DNA of 64,000 nt, taken from assembly GCA_951406725.2 (NCBI GenBank), contig OX597817.1, positions 175,708,001 to 175,772,000 on the forward strand. Direction: 5' to 3'. Below are positions 43,752 to 57,257 of the stretch, piece by piece. Position numbers and translations under genes: made by a program. The notes beneath the pieces are model-generated. The model did no database searches and was not told the DNA's origin. It was given only the letters and a program-made list of their open reading frames with translations. The stretch is from Octopus vulgaris (Eukaryota). How positions within the stretch are numbered: the stretch's first letter is position 1; every line of letters starts with the position of its first letter.

Positions 43752-43794
<43 letters not shown>

Positions 43795-44562
43795 ACACCC
43801 AAATGTTCAGAATGTAAATGATCTAAATGAATATTTAAATATGACATTAATATACTCAACTATGTACTTTTGTTGTGCTGGAGCAATCCCACACATATTT
43901 TCAATAAAACAATGGACTGAGAAAAACTGATTTGGTGTGTGTACACAAGACTATTATTCAAAGTATTGGGGACATAAACCTATCCTGCCAAGTGGAAACC
44001 TATTTATATTTATGCTTGCTTTTGCTAAACTTATGATATATATAACAAATAATTCCTGTATGTGGGGGTGAGTATGGGTGAGTATGTGTGTGTGTGTGTG
44101 TGTGTGCGTGCGAGCCTGTTTCATCATCAGCAATTTTAGTTTTCTTATTCCAGTGTAGCCCATTCTAACACCAAAAGGAACTGGTGTAAAAAAAATGAGT
44201 TTTTATATACACACACACACACCCTTGTGTGTGTATATAAATAAATAGATAAACAAACATAACAGAGAATAGAGAAATAAATTAAATATTGTAAATAACA
44301 TAACAGAGAAGTTTAAGATCAATTGTCCATGGTTACTCCTAAATACTGATAAACTTAATCCACACAGCTGAGTTTATAGAAAAATTCCAGGTGTGGAAAC
44401 AAAGCTAAACTCAAGAGGCCTTGAAGAGAACTTGGCAAAGACTTAAAGTTTTAGGAAGTAGGAAAGAGGATAGGACTATGCTGCCATCAGGGAAATGGTT
44501 GTACTCAATATGCAGGAAAGGGGTAGTGAAGGACTCCAGGTGCACAGAATGTAGACTCAAGG

Positions 44563-44790
44563 CAGGGAGCTGGCAGAAACGTTAGCACGCCAGGCGAAAT
44601 GCTTAGAGGTATTTCGTCTGTCTTTATGTTCTGAGTTCAAATTATGCTGAGGTCGACTTTGCCTTTCATCCTTTCGAGGTCAATAAATTAAGTACCGGTT
44701 GCGTACTGGGGTCGATCTAATTGACTTATTCCGTTTGTCTGTCTTTGTTTGTCCTCTCTATGTTTAGCCCCTTGTGGGCAATAAAGAAAT
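44563..44790 (+). mobile_element. SINE family B
   Basis: Matches 2095-2322. Confidence 0.8.
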
Positions 44791-45295
44791 AAAAATGTAT
44801 ACTGGGATCACAGGCAGGCTGACAGTGAATAAATTCTTTAAGTGAGGCAAATGTACAAAAATAATTAACCACTTTTTAAAGTTATTTCAACAGGTTTTCT
44901 CTAGAAACTAAAGTGAGCATTGGAAGTTCCATTGTTTTGTCTCTGAATATGTCAAAGAAGACAAAGAAGACCGTGTGTTACAAAGGAGCCATCCAACTGA
45001 TGCAAGCATGAGAAAAAGAACATAAAACTTATGAGGATCTCACACACACACACACACACATGCAGAGGAATAGTTGCAAGCTGATGTTCAAGAATTCAAA
45101 GTTAGATCTACAGAAGAATTAGAGAAGAAATTCCTGGTATGGAAGCGAGAACTGAGAGGATTTTAAGATAAATGTAGCAAAGACATAGGTTTTATACTAA
45201 GTTGGAAAGAAGACAGGATCTTGTAATTTTGTTCTATTTCGTTTTTGGCTTTGGTTTGCAAGATTCTTTAAATGAGTTCGTGTGTTGAAGCATAT

Positions 45296-45461
45296 TCTGT
45301 TGTGTCTGGGGAGAGTCATTTTCCTTTTGGGCCTTATAATATAACACACTCACTGGTAAAATTTGAGGAAAATAAAAATAAGAAAAAAGTGGAAATTTTA
45401 CCGGTGAGTGTGTTATATTATAAGGCACAAAAAGAAACTGACTCTCCCCAGACACAACAGA
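45296..45461. mobile_element. Hairpin MITE with about 69-bp inverted arms
   Basis: 45296-45364 is the near-exact reverse complement of 45393-45461. Confidence 0.8.
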
Positions 45462-47787
45462 GTAATGTTGTTCAAAATGCAGAAACCGAGTAGGTATGAA
45501 CTGCATACACTGTATCCAGTATAAGATATGGACATACAAAGAATGTAGTGGGGTGACAGGCAGACTGTCTGCAAATGTAAGCTTCATGTGTGATAGAGGC
45601 ACTGGACCAGTACATACTTGGAGCTCACAAAAATAGTTTCTCTTAAACACTGGAATGGCTCACTTAGAAGTAATTGATAGCTTTTGTTAGAAGGTGTAAT
45701 TAGCAAGAGAGGTGGTTGCTCTGAAAGTGTAGTAGCTGGAATAAGGATGGGGCGGAGAAAGTTCAGAGAGCTACTACCACTGATGACCACAAAGATCTTT
45801 CCTTTTTAGAACTGCATTTCTGCATGGTTGTGGGATATGTATCTTGAATGCAGAGGACTTGAGAAAGCTGGAAAGAAACGAAGCAAGTATACTCCGTTGG
45901 ATGTGCAAAGTGGGGGTGCATGAAAGTCTTAGTACAAAGACACTGAGTGAAAAGCTGGGCATAGGAGGAACCAGAATGTAGTGTGCAAGAAAGAAGACTG
46001 CACTGGTATGGACACATAATGCATAAGGATGAGAACAGCTACGTAATGAAGTGCCAATCACTGAATGGGGATGGAGCTTGCACAAGAGGAAGGCATGAAA
46101 TGAAGTGGTGAAGGCTGATCTCAAGACCTTGAACCTCACAGAGGAGATAAGAAAGGACCAAGATCATTATTGTCACCATCATCATTTAACGCCTGCTTTC
46201 CATGCATGGTTTGGATGGTTTGACAGGAGCTGGCCAGGCAGAACACTGTACCATGCTTCAGTGTCTGTTTCGATACGGTTTTTATGGCCAGATGCCCTAC
46301 CTAGCACCAACCACCTTGCAAAATGGACTAAATGCTTTTTACGTGGTACTAGCACAGATAAGGTCAGTTTTAGCATGGTTTTTACAGCTGGATGCACTTC
46401 CAAATGCCAACCATTTTATAGTGTGGACTGGATGCTTTTTATGTGGCAACAACACTAGCAGGATCATCAAAGTAATTTTGAGGAGGGAATTGGAAGAGAT
46501 GGTTGTGTGCCAGATGATGAAAGGTGAGAATGTGACAGAGAGACAGAAACAGGTGCCTTGCTGTAAAAGAGATACAACATTACGCCATCAGAGAGAGAGA
46601 GATCTCGAATGAGGACAGAAACAAGTGTGTTACTGTAGAGAAGATGCATTCTTAACAAGGATGACTGGCAATATATTGCTCTCAAGAAAGCCCACCCACC
46701 TTGGTGAAACTGAGTGCTGGGAGAGTTGTGTGTGTGTACAGCTAGGCCCTTCACCTAATTTCCTTCTTCCTCAAGACATCTCAAAGCATCATCTCCCAAA
46801 CTGCAGTTCTTCCTTGATACCACTTTTCTTACTACCCAGAACCACTTTATTTGTTATCCGTCCTTCATCCATTAATACTATTCTCTCCACCCACACTTTC
46901 ATTGATCACCTGACCTCACTGTGCCATCAAATAATCTCTCCTCTCCTACCATCATACATCTCACCCTCCTCATACACTATGCCTGCCTCTCTCTTCCCCA
47001 TCCACTCCTACAACCTACCCAACACCATGTCATCTCTTTCTCTCTCTTTACTGTATCATCATTACTATTCTGCTACTCTGCACTATCAGGCATCCTCTAC
47101 CCCCCCCCCCGCCCAATTTGAAGGTATTCCCCAACACTTCATTGCTGTTCTTTATATCTTTCTAACTCTACCCAATCACTCTTACCCTCTCTTCTAAAAT
47201 GGGAATAGTCATGTAACTCCTCTACAAGAAACCTGTTCTGCTCTGCTCTTTTCTCTCCAATACTTTACCCTTCTCCTTATTGCCGAGCATAAAGCTGATT
47301 CCCTTGGGGTTTGTAGTCATGCAAGCTGCATAGTCACCTGACTAGTGCAAGTGGCACAAAGAGGGAAAATGGGGGGAAAAAAGCACCCTGTACAAACTGT
47401 AAAGGGGTTGGCATGGTTGGCATGAGGACGAGCATCCAAAGACAGAAACCATGTTAAAGCAGAAATAAGAGCACAATGCTGTTCTTCAGCTTGTTAAACT
47501 GTCCAACTCCTGTCAGCATAGAATATGGACACTCTGTGATGAGAATGATGATATATCACGAAAGATTGACTCAAAATTTGTACAGATTTCATTAGACATT
47601 CAGTAAAGAGCACCCCCAGAGGAAACATGCAGGTATTTTATTGCTCTGAAAGGGTGTCCAGTCACACTCTACTCACCAGCATAAGACCTTAGAGCAGAGT
47701 TTCTAGTTTAGTTACTGATTGTACTGGTTTATATGATACTTAGGAGCAGATTGTTTTTTATGTGAATTCACACACACACAATTGCAG

Positions 47788-48046
47788 GTAAGTTCACCAC
47801 CATTAATTCACCATGAAGAATGTTCACTATGAGGAAAGTTCACCACGAGGAAAGTTCACCACGAGGAAAGTTCACCACGAGGAAAGTTTACCACGAGGAA
47901 AGTTCACCACGAGGAAAGTTTACCAAGAAAATGTACTCATAGTATCTCACCATTAATAGTTAAAACTATCTTATTGAACAAAAGAAGAAACAGTGAACTG
48001 ATGACAGTGAACTTTCCCTACAGTGAATTGATGACAGTGAACTTAC
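47788..48046. mobile_element. Foldback-like MITE with 16-bp subterminal tandem repeats
   Basis: TIR gtaagttcac/gtgaacttac; about 6-8 copies of gttcaccacgaggaaa on the left, inverted gtgaac units on the right. Confidence 0.65.
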
Positions 48047-48218
48047 TAGACATGCGCACACACAAATGCAGAGATATTTTGAGCAAACACTTGAATACTG
48101 AAAGGTGATGTTTTACTCCATCTCCAAGCGCAGGAGTTGGTGTCTCAGCAGTGGGTGAAACAGCAGAGTCTAACTGAAACATTAACTTCTGTAAGAAGTG
48201 AGTAACGAAGGTACTTAC

Positions 48219-48407
48219 CACATGAAGGAAACAGGTCTTTTCTCGCAATGATCCCATACATCCAAAGAACGCTACAAACACAACAATGCCACCAGATAAG
48301 CAAATCAGCGAAACTGGATCCAAGAAAAATTCCATCCAATTTCGGACCAGCTTGTTTTTATCTATCAACAGCCATGTTGATAAAGCAACAAACAAAACTC
48401 CACCAAC
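48219..48407 (-). CDS. TspanC8-type tetraspanin exon (TM1 end, EC1, TM2); first identified coding exon, upstream exon not found
   Basis: tag/gtaagt junctions, 189 nt, VGGVLFVALSTWLLIDK...LDPVSLICLSGGIVVFVAFFGCMGSLREKTCFLHV (tetraspanin GC.G.LRE motif). Confidence 0.96.
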
Positions 48408-49120
48408 CTACAAAGAAAAAACAGAGAATTATGTATATACAATAAAATAGAATATTGCATGTTTGTATATGTGTGTGTGTGTGTGTATCTATAAAGGAAC
48501 AAAAGCTGACAATGTATCATAAGGGACATTACATTAATGCAAAGATAAATATATTTGGCAAAAAAATAATAGTCATAGATATATCTTTACAGCTGTTTCA
48601 AACTTTCAATGATTGATTGATGTAATAATGTGTACCAAGCAAATGGGTGCACACTAATACAATAATACACACCAAACAAGTAGAAATTATTATTACCATG
48701 TAAACAGGATACATTAGTATGCTTACGCATGGTATTTTCACTTCAGAAGGTTAAGTGGCAAAATGTGAACCTTATCTTATCTTATCTTATCTGTGTGTGT
48801 GTGTGTGTATGTGTGTGAAGGTGCAAGGCCCAAGTGATGATAGTGTCACATTTATGATGCAAGATTGCAGTTTCAATTTTAAAAAATAAGGTTGTTAAAA
48901 CAATGATGATGATTAAATTTAATTGTTGACAGTTATAAAAAATACTTGGAATTGAAAAGGAAGCCCCTTGAGCCAACAAAGGAATCCCTCAAACCAGCAA
49001 GCGAGTCCCTCAAACAAACATGGGAGTTGTTCTATCATTCAATCTCCTACAAATAGTACCCAAATTTCCCCCCAAATCACATGCTGCTGTTTTAATAAAA
49101 GATAGAATGATCATGGCTGT

Positions 49121-49423
49121 GGAGCCACATGGCCTAGTGGTTAGAGCAACGGACTCGCGGACAAGGGATCACGGGTTCGAATCTCAGACCGGGCAATGTG
49201 TGTGTTTATGAGCGAGACACCTAAGCTCCATGCGGCTCCGGCAGAAGGTAATGGTGAACTTCTGCTGACTCTTTTGACACAACTTTCTCTCACTCTTTCC
49301 TCCTGCATCTTGCAGCTCACCTGTGATGGACTGGCGTCCCGTCCAGGTGGGAAACCTATATGCCAATGAAACTGGGAAACCGGCCCTTATGAGCCAGGCA
49401 TGGCTCAAGAAGGAACAAACAAC
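49121..49423 (+). mobile_element. tRNA-derived SINE with V-domain-like core
   Basis: Box A tggcctagtggtta, box B gggttcgaatc, core cctgtgatggactggcgtcccgtccagg. Confidence 0.75.
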
Positions 49424-51354
49424 ATGATCATGGTTGAAATGCCTTTGCTCATCGAGCTACTCAGGATTGACCTGGGGCTAAAAAACAACAACCTACACTT
49501 GTGCATGTTTTATAAACACCAACACATTACACTTGTAAATTATTTCATTCAGCAGAATCATTAGAGCATTGGTAAAAAACGCTTTGTTGTATTTGTTCCA
49601 ATTCTAATGTGCTGAGTTCAACTCCCACCAAAGTCAACGTTTTATCAACCCTTTCTGAGTTGATAAAATACAGTACCAGTCAAGTACTAGGGTTGGTGGT
49701 ATTGACTAAATATCCTCCCCACAAATTAGCTAATCTTGTGTGTAAACCAGAAAGAATTATTTGTAGTAGCATTGTTTCACCAACACTTAGGCCTCTGGGT
49801 TAGTTTATATCATACTATTAATAATAAAGTATGTTAATTGCTTCCAATTATTTCTGGAGAATAGCCAGGGGTCTTTCTAGACATGGGGTGATTTACATTC
49901 ATTTCATTACTTCCACTTATATAAAATAATCTTGGACATAAAATAATCTTGTAAGAAAGAACAATTTATATTGTCCTAAATCAAAAAACTTTATAAAATA
50001 TTTTCACATTACTTGACATCTAATGTGACAGCTAAAAGGCAGCGCACATATCTACATGCATGGGCAAGTTTGTACAAGTATATACATACAAAGGCCAATA
50101 TATTTGTAATATATAGCCCTCTTAGCTTCAAGACATATTCTGCAAGAATTATTTGACAATAAATGCTTATTTATTATAATCCTACTCTTATCTTGTATGC
50201 TTTTTGTGGTATGTGTGTTCATTCAGTTTGTGTCATGTTCAATGGTGACTCACAGTGCACAAACTTTTTCCTCAAACTAGTATTTAACCAACTCCAGCAC
50301 TGGATATTAACCCCTGGAAGAATACAAATCTAAGTTGATCAATGCAGAATTTGAACCAGAACATAGGTCTTAACTGAATAATACTGATATGTTTTGTCTT
50401 CCTAACAATTCTGTGTACCTAACCAAGTGCTTTTTCTGTGAAAGACATTTTCATATTCACTTTCCTACATGAAAAATAGTTGACAACAACAGAATTCAAC
50501 ATTGATTTTGTCAATGCCTCAAGTAGCAACAAAACAAGTCTCTTCAACTTTCAAGGACTTTGCAAAAGATTCTTGAAGAATAAAAGAGGCAGTTTTAGCA
50601 ATTCACTATTCAAACCTTTCGTCCAACATCAACTTTAACTTGCTGTCTTGTGGATATTTCTCTAAAAGCTAACACTTTATTTCCATTTTCAATTTCTCTC
50701 TCTCTCTCAGTTTCTCCATAATCCTTTTCTTCTTTGTACATTATTGATCTTCCTAAGCTTCTAATATCTTGAGTTCTAGAAAAGCCAACTGTATTGTATT
50801 AGTTATACACTTCTTCCTTGTTTTTGTTGTATATAATACATTTCTACCAGCACAGTTTCACAGATGTAATAACCCAAACACATTGCATGCTATTATTATT
50901 ATCTGTTTCACCAAGTTCATTTGTTATTCAATGAACAAAGACTATATTATAAACACTAGTAACACAAGTATTCCTCATGCACTGATCTCATTAATAACAT
51001 TTGTACCATCTTATTTTGTTTCTGAGGTCTCTCTTGCCCTCCCTCTTACATTTATTCTATGACTTAGCATTTCATTTCCTTCTGTTTTTACCTCATCATC
51101 CTGCAACACACCCAAATACTTTATATCTTTCATCATTCTTAGATGATCTTATTACCTTGCTATTTGGCAAACTTCAGCATCTTTTCCTTGTGTGTATGAC
51201 ACACTTATCATTCCAGCATCTCAACTGAAAATTCTTACATGCTGTACCGAAGAATGCAGCTACTTCTCAAGTTTGGAGCAAAGTTCAAGGTCATCCATGA
51301 AAATTGGATGGTAAATTCTTTCATTACTTATGGCTGGATTGTATCCCTTTACTT

Positions 51355-51735
51355 CATTACTTGTTTCAGTCATTTGAATGCAGTCATGCTGGAGCACCAC
51401 CTTTAGTCAAACAAATTGACCCTGGAACTTATTCTTTGCAAGCCTAGTACACATTCTATCAGCCTCTTTTGCCGAACCGCTAAGTTATGGGGAAGTAGAC
51501 ACACCAACATTGGTTGTCAAGCAATGGTGGGAGAGGGGACAAACACAGAAATACATATATATATATATACAACAGGCTTCTTCCAGTTTCCATCAACCAA
51601 ATCCACTCATAAGGCTTTGGCTGGCCCAAGGCTATAGCACAAGACACTTGCCCAAGGTGCCACACAATGGGACTGAACCTAGCACCATGTGGTTGGTAAG
51701 CAAGCTACTTATTACACAGCCACTCCTGCACCTAC
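51355..51735 (-). mobile_element. SINE family A
   Basis: Matches other copies. Confidence 0.8.
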
Positions 51736-52964
51736 ACACACACACATATATATATATGTATATACGTGTGTATGTGTGCATGTATATATCATCATCATCA
51801 TCATCGTCGTTTAACGTCCGTTCTCCATGCTAGCATGGGTTGGACGGTTCGACCGGGGTTCTGGGAAGCCAGAAGGCTGCACCAGGCTCCAGTCTAAATT
51901 TGGCAATGTTTCTACAGCTGGATGCCCTTCCTAACGCCAACCACTCCGTGAGTGTATATATGTATATATAATATATACACACACTTATACACATGCATAC
52001 ATACATATACTATGGGAAAGCAGAGGAATGTAAGACAGGGTAATCAAAGTAATAATAATTAGGAGCAGAAATAATTCATCGTTTTGGAAAAACAGTTCTT
52101 ATTTCATCTTGTAACTTCTGACATGTAAACTCGACATGATAAGAGTCACCATCATAAATTCCAAATATTTTAAAGGCAATCAAGAATGTGGAGATGAAGG
52201 GTCACATCAGGATTTAGTTAAGAGGTCTGTCTCTATTTTATTATGTGGGTGCAGTATGGTCATATGATTAAAATTTTTACTTCACAAACATGATGTTCAG
52301 ACTTCCATTCCAATACACAGCACTTTTGGCAAGAGTCATTTACTGTAGCTTTCAGTAAACCCCAGCACCGTGAAGGAAACTGGGTACAGAAAAACTGTTC
52401 TGGAAGCCAATCAGATGGATTGTACCTGCAATTCTAATGTCAAGCACTGTCACACATTGTACCATGCTGAATCTGGCCAAGAATTACATTAAGAGTACTG
52501 TGGAATACTCAGCCACTTACATGCTAATTCACTGAGTAAGTAGGTTAGTTGATTGAGCAACTGAATAATCGTCTCAAAACTGGTGAAGGTACATTCAATT
52601 CCTTCACTTTCTTTTACCATCCCACCATCTCACAGGTACTTCATATCGGTTATGCTCTGAAATATCATTTTGTTAATATACACAGAACAAGTCGTCTGTT
52701 CATTATCTCCTTCATTACCAGTTCTTGTCCTCAATAAATATTTATTCTCTTTCTACAAGTACACCTCACTGGTTATAAATAAACATTATTTCAGTCTCAG
52801 AGATAAATGTGATAGCAGGGCTGTAGTTGCTTACTTCAAGTTTTGCTGTGTCTTTCTACATAAAGGAGGTACCGCTTTCCTTTTTCTCATCCATGCTGTG
52901 TTACATCACCACTTAAGTGTCAAACAAAGTCTCTAGTCAAATATAAGTACATACTCATAATGTG

Positions 52965-53191
52965 TTAACCCTTTTGATATCAGCCCGCCTGAAACCGCTT
53001 CTGGCTCTGCAGTACAAATATCTTGTTTTCAGAAGTTCTGAATTCAAATCTTCCACCAAACCTGAGTTACAATTTCTATTCCTAACACTAGCTTAATGAT
53101 AACTAAGTTATCTTACTAAATTCTTTGTTATATTTAAAATTAATTGAAAGAAACAGAGTATCTCAACAGAAATATGGTAACAAAGGCGTCA
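52965..53191. mobile_element. piggyBac-like MITE
   Basis: TTAA-ccctttt start and degenerate ggtaacaaagg end. Confidence 0.5.
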
Positions 53192-53267
53192 AGCCACAAC
53201 CTAGGACTAGAATTTTTCATTTCGACGTTAATGTTATTATCATTACCTTACTATTGTCCTTATTATT

Positions 53268-54310
53268 AAGGCAGTGAGCTGGCAGAATCATAAGCACGCT
53301 GGACGAAATGCTTAGCAGTATTTCACCCGTGACTATGTTCTGGGTTCAAATTCTATCAAGGTCAACTTTGCCTTTCATCCTTTCGGGGTCGATAAATTAA
53401 GTACCAGTTGAACACTGGGGTTGATGCAAATGACTAGTCCCCTCTCTCCTAAAATTTCAGGCCTTTTACCTATAGTAGAAAGGATCATTATTAAGGTGGT
53501 GAGCTGGTAAAATTGTTAGCATGCTGGGCAAAATGCTTAGCGGTATTTCGTCTGCCACTACGTTCTGAGTTCAAATTCCGCCGAGGTCGACTTTACCTTT
53601 TTAATCGAGGTCAATTAAATAAGTACCAGTTACACACTGGGGTTGATGTAATCGACTTGATCCGTTTGTCTGTCCTTGTTTGTCCTCTCTCTGTGCGGCC
53701 CCTTGTGGGCAATAAAGAAATAAGAATTGTTAGCATGCTGGGCAAAATGCTTAGTAGTATTTTATCCGTCTTTAATGTTATGACTTCAAATTCCACTGAG
53801 GTTGACTTTATCTTTCATCCTTTCAGGGCTGATAAATTAAGTACCAATGAAACACTGGGGGGGTGGCTATTACCTGCCCACAAAATTTCAGGCTTTGTGC
53901 CTTTAATAGAAAGGATTATTATAGGTGTGTTAAGGGTGGCAAGCCGGCAGAATTGGTGTGCAAAAATGCTTAACAGCATTTCCTCTGGTCTTTACATTCT
54001 GAGTTCAAATCCCACTGAAGTCAACTTTTCCTTTCATCTTTACAAGGTTAATAAAATAAGTACTAGTTGAGCACTGGGACCAATGTAATCAACTTAACCC
54101 TCCCCGAAGTTGCAGGCCTAATACCGTGATATAAAAATCATTATTATAGGTGAGCTGAAGGTGGTGAGCTGGCAAAGTCTCGTTAGTTACAGTGGATAAA
54201 ATGCTTAGAAGCATTTCCTCTGGTCTTTACGTTCTGAGTTCAAATCCTGTCAAGATCAACTTCGCCTTTCATCCTTACAGGTTTGATAAAATAATTACCA
54301 GTTGATCACT
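53268..54310 (+). mobile_element. Head-to-tail cluster of about 5 SINE family B copies
   Basis: Repeated gagctggc...gagttcaaat...ctttcatcc...aagtacc units. Confidence 0.8.
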
Positions 54311-55148
54311 TTTGATAATACTGTTCCATTCACCCTATTCACCTCTACACTGGTCTCTAGCCAACGGCCACTCTCTACTCACACTCTAATGAAGTTATCC
54401 CACTCACCCTTCCTGATTTTTGGTCCAAATGCTGTTTTATATTCTCTGTCTTGAGAGTAGGATCTCACACATCATCACCGTCTTATTTCCAGCCGTTTCT
54501 ACCCACTCTTATACAATGTGGGATAGCCATGTCTCTCTCCTACAGTGAGACACTCATGTCTGTTCCTCTATCATATTTTAGCCTCTCAATACCTGGCATA
54601 AAGCCACTTCCCTCCCTACTACAACCCCATCAATCAAAGGGTCTCTTTTACTTTGCCTTGCCAGTTACTTGCCAACCTCAGTAGCGCCAGTGTCACAGAA
54701 ATGTACTCAGTATACATTGTGAAAGTGGATGGTATTAAGAAGGTGATGCAGCCATAGAAACAATGCCAAAATAGATATTGGAGTTCTAAGGCAGTCCTCT
54801 GCCTCTTTAGATTCTGTCAAACCATCTAACTCATGTCAGCATGGAAACTAAGCATTAAATAATGATGATGACATACATATACTCACATACATATATGCAC
54901 ACATATACATACATAAGCACATACACACATATATACACACATATGCACATACATACACAACACCTATGTACACACATCTATATACACATACACACACAAA
55001 TATACACATACATATATGCAATTATTATTATTATTATCATCATTTAAAACAGTTTGATTTGATCCTTATGGTGCTAAATAATACATGTAACACCTACTAA
55101 ATGTGTTGAGTGACTCTTTCTTTCATTTGTCCACTCACCAGTGTCTGT

Positions 55149-55181
<33 letters not shown>

Positions 55182-56517
55182 CATGTAGAGCAATTTAAAT
55201 TGCATGGCATATAACCAGTATTTCGTATACGTATATTCATATATCCCCTCCCTTAATGCCATAGCAGAAACCATGAGCCAACAAAGGAGACATCAAATAA
55301 ATAAATTAGTCCCAGATAAAGCTAGGTCTAAATAAAAGGACAGGATGGTCAGAGCTAAAAGGTTCTTTGATGCGAGATCAGTTCTGACAGGACAGATCTG
55401 TTTAGACAGATCTAAACATCATTACAATCATTGCAAACTGATGTAACCGTGCAGCTGGGGTGTGTTTATCATGACAATAGCACTAGACATGTGTACCCGT
55501 CTATGTGGAATTGCCAGCTCTGGTCTGCTGAATAATTCAGAATTCAGAATCAACAGCTTCCTTTAGAAGCTTTTTTCTTCTTTTCTTTTCTTTTTTTTTT
55601 CTGACAAAGGGGTATTAATTACTTATCAAGTTATAATACACTCAAACATTAATGATAACAAGCTATGAAGCACAAATTAAATTCATGAATATATTTGAAT
55701 AAAAATATTCAGATTAACATGCAATATGATTTGCCTACACAAGAATGTTGCCTACATGATCATCACACATGATGGTGGTGGTGGTGGTGGTGGTGGTGGG
55801 GTAGCAGCAGCAGCAGTAGTAGTAGTAGTAGCAATACAAATAAAAATTAATTTATAATTATATTTCGCTATTGCTAGAATACATTCAAATTTCCGAACCA
55901 ATTAATCCCTTGGGAGTTTCTTTTGGCACTGTTTGGATCATTTCATTCTACACTGTCAATCACAAACGCCAATATACTCAGTTTTCCGTTATCATATCTT
56001 ACTAAGTCTTATGCAGGTTCCACTCTCTCATTTGCCAGAATATCCAGCCATATTCCAACTCCAAAGAGAACTTACAGAGTGACAAACTTTGGCTTTTCTC
56101 TCATTAACAGTTGGCTGGTTGCAGCCCAGATATCTTTATATCCTGTTCGACTGAAATTGTCATCTATCGTATCTTGTCTTATTCATTTACAATCCATTTT
56201 TAAACACCATCTTTACATGCAGTTTGTCTTCAGAATAAATTAAAACTTGTGGGTCAATTGGTCTTTTGGTGGGTTTTCTGTGATACAATCTGTCCATTCT
56301 ACAGTCATACAATCAACTTGACGGTCGTAACTTTTGGGACTTGACTGAGGAAAGAAGGCTATGAATGACCCGTCACTTTTTGCTTGTCCTAATTGTTGTT
56401 TCTCTTGTCCACCTAGTATTGACTATCTGTCTGAATGTTTTAGTGTACTCTATTGCATTTTTGTTCCATTTTTATGTGTGTGTGTGTGTGTGTGTGTGTA
56501 TACATACACACAAACAT

Positions 56518-56548
<31 letters not shown>

Positions 56549-56563
56549 TACACACATTTTATA

Positions 56564-56601
<38 letters not shown>

Positions 56602-56633
56602 TAGGAAAAAAGCAACAAGAATGGTTTAAAATA

Positions 56634-56717
56634 TCGGTACAATTGTTTCGTACGAGGATATCTTTAATAAGCTACAAAAAATGCAGTAAATATAGATGGC
56701 TCGTACTCGTCAGCTGA
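56634..56717 (-). ncRNA. Type I hammerhead ribozyme (left arm)
   Basis: Minus strand tcag-CTGACGA-gtacgag...ctcgtac-GAAA-caattg-TA-ccga; perfect stem II, one stem I mismatch. Confidence 0.7.
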
Positions 56718-57173
56718 AAAAACATCAGAGATTCCCAAACATCAAAAGGGGTAGATACAAATGCGGGTGTGAGTTTAACTGCATTGAAGAAAGTTCATTC
56801 CTGGAGATCCGATGAAAGGTCTTGAACTTACAGAATTTGTGCATGTCCATATATAGTTCATATTGAATTGTTAATCAAGTTATGTGAAGAAATTTTGGAT
56901 ACAATCGTGCGAAATTTCTGAGAATCCAAGTAAGAAGCAAAGTAACAGTCTTATCGTGTAGAGGAACAGATTGTTATTCGCACGATTGTATCCAAAATTT
57001 CTTCACATAACTTGATTAACAATTCAATATGAACTATATATGGACATGCACAAATTCTGTAAGTTCAAGACCTTTCATCGGATCTCCAGGAATCGAACTT
57101 TCTTCAATGCAGTTAAACTCACACCCTCATTTGTATCTACCCCTTTTGATGTTTGGGAATCTCTGATGTTTTT

Positions 57174-57257
57174 TCGGCTGACGAGTACGAGCCATCTATA
57201 TTTACTGCATTTTTTGTAGCTTATTAAAGATGTCCTCGCACGAAACAATTGTACCGA
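57174..57257 (+). ncRNA. Type I hammerhead ribozyme (right arm)
   Basis: tcgg-CTGACGA-gtacgag...ctcgcac-GAAA-caattg-TA-ccga; perfect stem I, one stem II mismatch. Confidence 0.78.

Larger units (their letters stand above)
44310..46160 (+). mobile_element. Highly degenerate RTE-like LINE fragments interrupted by a SINE and a MITE
   Basis: Broken motifs KFQVWK, CSGVTGRL, GGCSESVVAGIRMGRRKFRELLPL, LRWMC, VVKADLKTL. Confidence 0.6.

Noticed and set aside
46625-47197. 190-aa ORF
   Set aside because: Low-complexity pyrimidine-rich sequence with no recognisable motifs or splice support.
47790-47930. Repeat array resembling CRISPR
   Set aside because: Contiguous 16-bp units without unique spacers, in a eukaryotic context with no cas genes.
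49121-49200. Possible tRNA gene
   Set aside because: Boxes A and B are present but there is no clean cloverleaf, and it runs on into a SINE body.
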